Of a stretch of 64,000 bases of DNA, positions 57,416-64,000 are shown piece by piece. The translations under genes and the position numbers were made by a program. Under the pieces are notes generated by a model. It ran no database searches and had not been told where the DNA came from. It saw only the letters and a list, made by a program, of their open reading frames with translations. Each line of letters starts with the position of its first letter. The first letter of the stretch is position 1. The DNA comes from an uncultured Verrucomicrobiota bacterium (GTDB taxonomy: Bacteria; Verrucomicrobiota; Kiritimatiellia; CAIKKV01; CAITUY01), in contig CAZDUS010000001.1 in NCBI GenBank assembly GCA_964508705.1, positions 146,407 to 210,406 of the forward strand, read 5' to 3'.

Positions 57416-57688
57416 ATGTTTTTGAGAAGACCCTACAAAACGGTTGCGGAATTCTACAAGGCAGTGGAAATGCTTATCCAAGCACTCAAGGCAAATGGGA
57501 ACACTGAAGAAGCCTCGCGCCTTGACGTGCTTCTGCATGGTGTCTGGACAACGGGATCGGAACTGATCGGAGAACTGATGTTGGTGTTGGCCGGGATAAA
57601 GGGTTCATTCCCGAGCGGGATACAAAAACAGATCAACGATTGTCACTATTTCGCCAAACATCACAGGCGGATACTTGGGTTGAGCTAA
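57416..57688 (+). CDS. hypothetical small protein
   Basis: 90-aa ORF, no motif. Followed by a hairpin. Confidence 0.3.
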   Translation: MFLRRPYKTVAEFYKAVEMLIQALKANGNTEEASRLDVLLHGVWTTGSELIGELMLVLAGIKGSFPSGIQKQINDCHYFAKHHRRILGLS

Positions 57689-57691
57689 AAT

Positions 57692-57724
57692 ATCGGCTCA
57701 ATTAAAGCAGAAACTTGAGCCGAT
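57692..57724. terminator. hairpin between convergent genes (possible bidirectional terminator)
   Basis: ATCGGCTCAA-13 nt-TTGAGCCGAT, A/T-rich flanks. Confidence 0.4.
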
Positions 57725-57728
57725 AATA

Positions 57729-58355
57729 CTATTTAATCGGCTCACTCGGCGGCCTAATCTTGGTCCTGACTTTACGAGGGGCGCCGCAGGGGTGGTAGCC
57801 GGAGTCGAACAGTTGACCCACTCTTAAGCCGCAGGATGGTTTCAGTTCATGAAGAGAGGTTGTATTGAGTTGTTTACAAGCGGCGATGGCGACGAGCGCG
57901 CAGGCATGGGCGTCCTCTTCGGCATCGTGATGGCGGAAGGATATTCCCAACGTGCGGGCGATGTAGTCGAGTGCGTAGGTTGGATGATCGGGCCATGCCA
58001 GTTTGGCGATGACTTTGGTGCAAAAATAATCAGTAACCGGATACGGAAGGCCCGATTGATCGAGGGAGCAGCGGATGACGCCCATGTCGAAGGCGGCGTT
58101 GTGCGCGACGAGTGGACCGGATACTTGCGGCCAGAGGGTGGGCCAGAACTGGGCGAAGGTCGGAGCGTGGGCAACGTCGGAAGCGGTAATGCCGTGGATG
58201 GAGACATTGAATGGATCGAAATAGCAGGGGTTGGGCCGAATGAGTTGATGGAGGCGGTTCACGACTTGACCATTCTCGACCATTACCAAGCCGACGGCGC
58301 AAACGGAACCACGGTGAGCATTGGCTGTTTCGAAATCAATGGCGGTGAAGTGCAT
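57729..58355 (-). CDS. DEDDh 3'-5' exonuclease (DnaQ-like) domain protein
   Basis: Exo I motif AIDFETAN, Exo III H…D (HDAEEDAHA). Confidence 0.8.
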   Translation of the reverse strand: MHFTAIDFETANAHRGSVCAVGLVMVENGQVVNRLHQLIRPNPCYFDPFNVSIHGITASDVAHAPTFAQFWPTLWPQVSGPLVAHNAAFDMGVIRCSLDQSGLPYPVTDYFCTKVIAKLAWPDHPTYALDYIARTLGISFRHHDAEEDAHACALVAIAACKQLNTTSLHELKPSCGLRVGQLFDSGYHPCGAPRKVRTKIRPPSEPIK

Positions 58356-58371
58356 GATGGACGCTGAAGTA

Positions 58372-60771
58372 TCAGTGGTATGTTACCACACCTGAGGATC
58401 GGGACGAGGAACGATGTTCTTCTTTCAACAAGCGCTGTTTCTGGTCTTCGGGAAGCGCGGATTGATTGATCCACTTCTCGGCGGCGGAGCGGTCGACTTT
58501 GAGCCAGGAACGGCCCACGTTTTCAATGGAGCGGAGACGCTTTTTTTCATCCGTTATCGTTTCGGTCCATGAGGCGGCGATTTCGGGATATTCGTAGGTT
58601 GTGCTGCCGATGTACGACTGTACCAGTTGTTCGTAATGTCCATCGTTTGACAGCGTTGACAGCCATTGTCCCGCTTTTGACGGATCACTGTAGGCCCAAC
58701 TGCTGGTGATGCTTTGTAGCGCGCTGTTTCGCGCGTTGCCCTTGGGGAACGTGATGACCCAATTGGCGGCGGATTGAGGATCGGTGCTTGCCCACGATGA
58801 GGCGACGGCCTGGGCGGCGCGGTCTTGAGCGGGGCCGGCTGGCTGGGTGGAAACAAAATTGGCGGCATCCTCAGGAGTGGTTCTTGCCATGGAGCTGACC
58901 AGGCCTTCGATAAAAGCGTCGCGTGCGTCACCTTGCGGCATTTGGTTGGCATAGGTCATCCCCGCTTTCGGGTCCTTGGCGCCCAATGACTGGGCGATGG
59001 TTTTGAAGAGATCCGTTTGATCCTTGCCAGCCGACATGGTTTGCACATAAGCCAGAGCGCCCTGGGTATCCTGCTTTGACCACTCCGGGATAATCGTGGC
59101 CATGGCATCCCGTGTTGATTTTTCATCAGGGAGTTGACGAGCCCATTCCAGGGCGCGGGAAATATCAGCGTTTGCCCATTGGTTTGCCAGGGTGCGGATG
59201 AAATCGGATCGGGCGCGGCTCGGCGGGAGGCTGTCGAGAAGTGCGGCGGCGGTCTCAGGATCGGATTGGCCAAGGGGGTAGGCCAGACTTTGCAGAGCGC
59301 TGCGCTTGGCGGAGCCTTCCGGCAACGAGGCGTAGAGTTCCAATGCGGCGGCGGGGTCGTTGTTGGCGAGACTGTTGATCAGGGGGCCGATGGCCTTGAC
59401 TTGAAGGGGGCCGGGCGGAAGAGAGGCGGCAAAGGCCATGGCCATTTTGGGGTCGCGCCATGAGAGCTGTTGAATGATGGATTGTACGGCGCTGTGTCGT
59501 TCATTGTCGGCGGGAATGCTTTTGAGGGAATCCAATGCGGCTTTGGGATCTTGTTGCGCCCATTGGCTAAGGACTTTGCCGAGCAACTGGGTTTTTTCGT
59601 CACCGGCATCGAGTGATTTGGCGTAATCGAGAGCGGCTTTGGGATCAGTTTCGGCCCATGTGGGGCAAAGCTGTCCCATGACGACATCCCGGGTGGTTTT
59701 GTCCGGCAATTCCCGCGCCCAGGCGAGAGCAGCGGGCAGGTCGTCGGCGCCCCAGTTGCTGGCGATGGCCTGGATGGCGTTGCGGCGCGGACTGCCGATG
59801 GGTAATCCGACGGCATACATGGCGGCTTGTCTTGGATCGGTTTCGCCCCACTGGGAAACGATGGACGAGATAATGCTGTTCTTCTGCTGGCTGGTTGGTA
59901 GTGCGTTTGCCCAGGCGAGGGCTGCTTGCGGGTCTTTTTCGCCCCAAGCCGAACCGATGGCCTGCATAGCCTGGGTGCGTTGTTGGCCGGGCAACTCGTT
60001 GAGTTTTGTAATGGCGGTTGCTGGGTCGGTAAGCGCCCAATTTCTGAAAATTGAATACACGCTTCCCCAATGTCGATCGCTTTTTTCATGTTTTTGAAAC
60101 AGCGCAAAGGCGGCGACAGGATTTTTAATGGATGTGGCGCTGATGAGTGTATAGATCAGACGGTCTCGGGATTGACTCGACGGCTGGGCTAGAACCCATG
60201 CTTCGGCGGCGGCAGGATCGAGGCGAGCCCAAGCGCTGATGACAGAAGAGACAGCATTTTCACGGGTGTGTTTTCCCTTCAGAGCGGAAGCGTGGGCCAT
60301 GGCGGCCCGAGGGTCGGTTTCTGCCCAACGGGAAAGCAATTGGTAACGAACCATCTCGCGATGTTGGCGGTTAGGCATTTTTTCAACAAGCGCCATGAGG
60401 CGGGGAATGTCTTCCGGACGGACCATGAGCGTTAATTTGTAGATATCCTGCATGGACTCGTAGGAATGGGGTTGTGATGAGAAGTCCTGAATTTTCAAGG
60501 CGATGTCGGAGAAGGGTAGTCCCTGCTCAAAAGGGTTGGAGATTTTAGAAGTGGGTTTGGCGGGAGACTTGGTGTTGCGGGCAGTAGCGATGGAGGAGGT
60601 CTGACCCGGCGCCGGGGAAGGTGCTTGTTGTAGAGAAGAGCCGGAATCGTTCTGCTGAAGCTGTTGAATGTCGCCATGTAGTCGCTGGTTGGTGCGATAT
60701 TGCATGACTGTGGTGTTTACAAGTATGGCCACTCCGGCGAAAGCGGCCCATGTGAGGGTGGATTTGTTCAT
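58372..60771 (-). CDS. membrane-anchored tandem alpha-helical repeat protein (about 18 x 36-37 aa W…DP…A..W…LP repeats)
   Basis: N-terminal TM helix (LTWAAFAGVAILV). Repeated unit of the form W[AG]xxDPxxAxxWAxxLPxxxxRxxAxxxIxxx across about 650 aa. Confidence 0.7.
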   Translation of the reverse strand: MNKSTLTWAAFAGVAILVNTTVMQYRTNQRLHGDIQQLQQNDSGSSLQQAPSPAPGQTSSIATARNTKSPAKPTSKISNPFEQGLPFSDIALKIQDFSSQPHSYESMQDIYKLTLMVRPEDIPRLMALVEKMPNRQHREMVRYQLLSRWAETDPRAAMAHASALKGKHTRENAVSSVISAWARLDPAAAEAWVLAQPSSQSRDRLIYTLISATSIKNPVAAFALFQKHEKSDRHWGSVYSIFRNWALTDPATAITKLNELPGQQRTQAMQAIGSAWGEKDPQAALAWANALPTSQQKNSIISSIVSQWGETDPRQAAMYAVGLPIGSPRRNAIQAIASNWGADDLPAALAWARELPDKTTRDVVMGQLCPTWAETDPKAALDYAKSLDAGDEKTQLLGKVLSQWAQQDPKAALDSLKSIPADNERHSAVQSIIQQLSWRDPKMAMAFAASLPPGPLQVKAIGPLINSLANNDPAAALELYASLPEGSAKRSALQSLAYPLGQSDPETAAALLDSLPPSRARSDFIRTLANQWANADISRALEWARQLPDEKSTRDAMATIIPEWSKQDTQGALAYVQTMSAGKDQTDLFKTIAQSLGAKDPKAGMTYANQMPQGDARDAFIEGLVSSMARTTPEDAANFVSTQPAGPAQDRAAQAVASSWASTDPQSAANWVITFPKGNARNSALQSITSSWAYSDPSKAGQWLSTLSNDGHYEQLVQSYIGSTTYEYPEIAASWTETITDEKKRLRSIENVGRSWLKVDRSAAEKWINQSALPEDQKQRLLKEEHRSSSRSSGVVTYH

Positions 60772-60775
60772 AAGG

Positions 60776-61861
60776 TTAGGTTCCTGAGGGTAGAGTTGCG
60801 GATGATAGACTGCTGATTGTCAACTTATTGTCAACCTCTGAGAGTTGTGATTTGTCAACCGTATGCCGGATCATGGCTTTCACGGCGTTATTGGCGTCCA
60901 TGATGTCAAACCGGACATCAGGGTGGGCGGTGGCAAAGACACGGAAAAGTTCGTCGGCAAATCCCTGTTCGATGCCATTTACTTTCGAGAAATCCAAGAT
61001 GACTTCGGTGAACTTATCCAAGCCGGTTACCACCCGGCGCGCCTCTGATCGCGAAACGTAATCGCGCTGGTATAGCCGGACATGGACCCGTGTTCTTTCG
61101 AAGCGATAATCCAGTTCTTCCGGGGCATATTCCCGGAAGACTGCCTGTAACGAGCGGCGGGAATGTCGGGCTATCCGAAAGGCAACTGTGGTTCCGGCTG
61201 TGGATCGGCGGCCATGCAGAATCATTTCCTCCCTTGTGTTGTCGCATACCAGTTCAAAAGAATGGGAGCGCAGACTGACAACATCGCCGACCTTGGTTGT
61301 AAAAAACACACCCTCGCCGCTATGTCGTTCGGCCATGGTGGTTGTCTTTCCCTTTAATAATTCCTCGACTGCCCTGGTTTCGTCAGGGAGTCCGAATTTG
61401 GAAGCGATGGAGTTGAAGATTCCCACGCCGCGATCCTGAACCACGAAAGAGAAGTCGTAGGGTGTTAGCGTGACGGTGATTTTGCAGAAGGCTGCCCCGG
61501 AGTGGTCGATGGCATTATTCAGCATTTCCGTAAATGCATAGCGGGCAATGGCGGCGACGTTTTCCGGAAGAGACCGCTTTAATTGCAAATCACGCTCAAT
61601 GGCGTCAAACACCATGCTTTCGTCGAGGCCGGGCAAAGGGTGGCGCATGGACAGTGTCCGCAACGGTGGTTGAGCATCCTTGCTTGCCAGCGAATACAGC
61701 GCATTACGGGTTGTTCCCGAAAGCGCCACAAGCCCTTTCTGAACCAGTGGGCGCAAGCGCTTGTGAATCGCCTGACGAGATATCCCGATCTGGCGGGCCA
61801 AATTGGCGCCGCTGGACGGTCCGGCTTTCAGCGATTTCAGGATGGTATCTTCAGTTTGCAT
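60776..61861 (-). CDS. single-chain winged-HTH / GHKL ATPase (RsbW-like) / DUF4325 (STAS-like) regulator
   Basis: wHTH (ANLARQIGISRQAIHKRLRPLVQKGLV). N-box-like EMLNNAIDHSG. C-terminal DUF4325-like segment. ATG at 61861; the 13 upstream codons in the track ORF are unlikely. Confidence 0.65.
   Translation of the reverse strand: MQTEDTILKSLKAGPSSGANLARQIGISRQAIHKRLRPLVQKGLVALSGTTRNALYSLASKDAQPPLRTLSMRHPLPGLDESMVFDAIERDLQLKRSLPENVAAIARYAFTEMLNNAIDHSGAAFCKITVTLTPYDFSFVVQDRGVGIFNSIASKFGLPDETRAVEELLKGKTTTMAERHSGEGVFFTTKVGDVVSLRSHSFELVCDNTREEMILHGRRSTAGTTVAFRIARHSRRSLQAVFREYAPEELDYRFERTRVHVRLYQRDYVSRSEARRVVTGLDKFTEVILDFSKVNGIEQGFADELFRVFATAHPDVRFDIMDANNAVKAMIRHTVDKSQLSEVDNKLTISSLSSATLPSGT
60816..60860 (-). 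promoter_or_regulatory. triplet of GGTTGACAA(T) direct repeats (spacing 24 and 11 bp) upstream of the repeat-protein gene
   Basis: Minus-strand copies at 60860-60851, 60836-60827 and 60825-60816. They overlap the last 30 codons of the regulator ORF. Confidence 0.5.
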
Positions 61862-61877
61862 AGGGATAAGAATAACG

Positions 61878-61922
61878 ATTGTCAACCGATTGTCAACCAT
61901 ACAAAGGTAAGCATTGTCAACC
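61878..61922 (-). promoter_or_regulatory. triplet of GGTTGACAAT direct repeats (spacing 24 and 11 bp) upstream of the regulator gene
   Basis: Minus-strand copies at 61922-61913, 61898-61889 and 61887-61878. Same geometry as the 60816-60860 set. Confidence 0.5.
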
Positions 61923-62184
61923 TTAAGTGTTTGCCCCGTAGATGCGTCCGCAGTGGAAGCAGTGCTTCCACACTACCCTTTGACTGTGCATAACGCTATA
62001 TCGCGGTCGCGGACGGAGGCCCGCAAAATGCCTATGGTCCCGGTTACCGGAATGAGCATATCCGCGCAGGTGCGGCGGGTTCGATTTTAATATGCAGAGT
62101 TGCGGTTTGGGCCATGGCGTTCTCCTGTATGTACATGATTAGGTATATTACCAAGCGCCCTGAGCTTCAAGGCATACGCAGTGT

Positions 62185-63018
62185 TCAGCGCCGCCTGAAC
62201 ATGGCTGATATGACGAAAAACCCGCAGGCCCAGAGGACCATGGTGGCGCCGGTGGAGGTGTCCCAATAGAAGGAGGACACCAATCCCAGGATGCCGGAGA
62301 GGATGCCAAGCGCAATGGCGATGAGAATGTATTGCCGCGTATTGCGCGCCAGATTACGAGCCGTGGCCGCCGGTAAAATCAACATGGAATTAATCACCAG
62401 CAAGCCGACCCAAGGCATGCTTACCGCAACCACCGCTGCGACCAGGATTGTGAAGCACAATTCCACTCGGCGGACCGGGAATCCCCGACTGGCGGCAATC
62501 GAGCGGTTTAGATGGACAAAAAAGAGTGAGTTGAAAAAGAAAACCCAAATGAGAAGCACCAGAAGAAGCAATCCTGCCAACCCGAGGAGTTCCACGGGCG
62601 AGATGGTCAAAATATCGCCGATCAGGTATCGGGAGAACCGGCCAAATCCCCCACCCCGCGAGAGCAGGACAATACCCAGCGAAACCACGAAGGCCATGAC
62701 GAGCGCAATGGCGGTGTCCGGCGGCGCGGAGCTATGACGGCGCATCACATACATAAGGACGCCCAGAAGCACGGCAAACCCGATAATCGCGATCAGGGGA
62801 TCACGGAGTCCGATCAGAACACCAAGGGCCAGGCCGGTAAGCGTGGAGTGTCCCATGGCTTCTGAAAGAAAAGCCATCTGGTTGTTGACGACGAGGCATC
62901 CCAGCAGCGCGAGAATCGGTGTGACCAGCAGGACAGCCAATAAGGCGTTTTGCATGAAGCCGTACTGCGCCCAGTCGAAAGGAATGAGTCCCATGATGTC
63001 GGCCCAAAGCGGAATCAT
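62185..63018 (-). CDS. metal ABC transporter permease (ZnuB/MntB family)
   Basis: About 8 TM helices with ZnuB-like pattern. Overlaps the upstream ATPase gene by 4 nt. Confidence 0.85.
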   Translation of the reverse strand: MIPLWADIMGLIPFDWAQYGFMQNALLAVLLVTPILALLGCLVVNNQMAFLSEAMGHSTLTGLALGVLIGLRDPLIAIIGFAVLLGVLMYVMRRHSSAPPDTAIALVMAFVVSLGIVLLSRGGGFGRFSRYLIGDILTISPVELLGLAGLLLLVLLIWVFFFNSLFFVHLNRSIAASRGFPVRRVELCFTILVAAVVAVSMPWVGLLVINSMLILPAATARNLARNTRQYILIAIALGILSGILGLVSSFYWDTSTGATMVLWACGFFVISAMFRRR

Positions 63019-63854
63019 GGTTGTCCCCCTCCCCTGTCGGCAGGAGATTCGCAATGGTTATGTCGGTGGGCATGGTCCAGAAGATGCCGGGCAGGGATTT
63101 CGTCATGCGTGAAACCGAAACCGAAGGTTTTACGGATCAGGGGGTTCAACAGAACGTCACGGGGCGGGCCATCGCATAGGATGGAGCGGTCGAGTAAAAT
63201 GATCCGGTCGGCGACGCGGGCGGCGGCGGCGAGATCATGGGAGACGAGCAGAATCGAGAGATCGAAGTCCGTGCGCATGCGCGAGACGGTTTGGTAGAAA
63301 AGTTCCGTACCCGCGCGATCCACGCCGGAAACGGGCTCGTCGAGCAATAGCAGTTCAGGGACAGGGATGAGGGCCAGCGCGAGGAAAACGCGCTGAAGCT
63401 GGCCGACAGAGATTTCGGAGAGTTTGCGATCGAGCAATGATTCAGCGCCGACTATGGCGAGCGTCTCGCGTGTTTTGGCGCGAACGGAGGCGCGGGTTCC
63501 CAGCCAGAGCGGCCAGCGGGTTAATGAGGAGGCAAAGAAATCCATGACGGTTGTAGGTGACGTGTTGTCGATTTCCAACTTTTGCGGGACGTAGCCAATG
63601 CGGAGCGGTTTGGCGTTTTCAATATTGCCGCGATGGATAAACCGGAGTGAGCCCGAGTGAGGCAAGTCGCCGATCATTGCGCGGAGCAGAGAAGTTTTTC
63701 CAGCGCCATTGGGACCGATGACTGCGGTTAACTCCCCGCAATGCATGTGGAGATTCACATGCTCGAGGACAGGAACTCCTCCCAGGCTGACGCCGAAATC
63801 CACCAGTCTTGTGCAACAGTCGCCGCAGGAACGGATGGAACTGGGGACGTTCAT
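63015..63854 (-). CDS. metal ABC transporter ATP-binding protein (ZnuC family)
   Basis: Walker A GPNGAGKTSLL, signature LSVGQLQR, Walker B LLLLDEP, His-rich C-terminus. Confidence 0.85.
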   Translation of the reverse strand: MNVPSSIRSCGDCCTRLVDFGVSLGGVPVLEHVNLHMHCGELTAVIGPNGAGKTSLLRAMIGDLPHSGSLRFIHRGNIENAKPLRIGYVPQKLEIDNTSPTTVMDFFASSLTRWPLWLGTRASVRAKTRETLAIVGAESLLDRKLSEISVGQLQRVFLALALIPVPELLLLDEPVSGVDRAGTELFYQTVSRMRTDFDLSILLVSHDLAAAARVADRIILLDRSILCDGPPRDVLLNPLIRKTFGFGFTHDEIPARHLLDHAHRHNHCESPADRGGGQP

Positions 63855-63865
63855 AAAGGTGAGTT

Positions 63866-64000
63866 AGCCTGTTGTTTGTCCAGTGGCTGCTGCATGGCAC
63901 CGTTTCACGAGCTGATAGTCGTCGTACGAGACGTTGCGGCGGTGGTAACGATTTTCCACGCGCTCCATCAGGTTGTTCCAATCATCCGTAGTGGGTGGCG
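63866..64000 (-). CDS. hypothetical protein, 3' end only (window edge)
   Basis: Open frame ending TAA at 63866 (…NNLMERVENRYHRRNVSYDDYQLVKRCHAAATGQTTG*). The upstream part lies outside the window. Confidence 0.25.

Noticed and set aside
1-64000. CRISPR arrays, rRNA genes, IS elements/transposases, integrases, phage genes
   Set aside because: No regularly spaced direct repeats of 25-40 nt, no rRNA-like segments and no transposase/integrase/capsid-like ORFs were seen. The only repeated DNA motifs are the short operator-like elements reported in the findings.

Overview
High-GC (about 58-60%) bacterial chromosomal segment spanning the replication origin (dnaA-dnaN, tRNA-Gln). Gene content suggests the PVC group (Verrucomicrobia/Lentisphaerae/Kiritimatiellae-like): many Gfo/Idh/MocA oxidoreductases, xylose-isomerase-like TIM barrels and an exosortase. 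Taxon assignment is low confidence. Left to right the window contains: (1) a Gfo/Idh/MocA gene cut by the window edge, an AraC regulator, an orphan B12-binding radical SAM gene and carB. (2) An 11-gene, translationally coupled surface-glycan assembly operon (Wzx flippase, 2x GT2, 2x GT9, Wzy/WaaL-like, 2x GT4, GT39-like, FAD oxidoreductase) ending in an exosortase-EpsI fusion. It is flanked by a convergent priming sugar transferase, an 859-aa polytopic membrane protein and an NAD-dependent epimerase. (3) A LexA/Y-family DNA polymerase SOS cassette with a Cheo-like LexA box and a conserved 40-bp cis block. (4) DUF72, a PAS-PP2C phosphatase and an SplB-like radical SAM. (5) A minus-strand unsaturated-uronate catabolic operon (XRE-cupin regulator, GH88-like, KdgF-like cupin, KdgK, Eda, GFO, KduD-like SDR). 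(6) SIMPL protein, sugar-phosphate isomerases, flavin reductase, then tRNA-Gln(CUG), dnaN, dnaA and an AT-rich candidate oriC. (7) M24 peptidase, Spy/CpxP-like protein, QueG-like protein, GH13 alpha-glucosidase and YHS-type CopA. (8) A lower-GC patch with a lipoprotein, an HNH nuclease and a DEDDh exonuclease. (9) A 799-aa membrane-anchored tandem-repeat protein paired with a single-chain wHTH-HATPase-DUF4325 (STAS-like) regulator. Both genes are preceded by identical triplets of a GGTTGACAAT direct repeat. (10) ZnuBC-like metal ABC transporter genes. No CRISPR array, rRNA or obvious IS element was seen. The points most worth a second look are the duplicated GGTTGACAAT operator architecture with the fused partner-switch-like regulator and its repeat protein, the exosortase-EpsI glycan locus without a visible sorting-signal substrate, the conserved 40-bp block in the SOS region, and a 23-bp perfect palindrome at 45258-45308.
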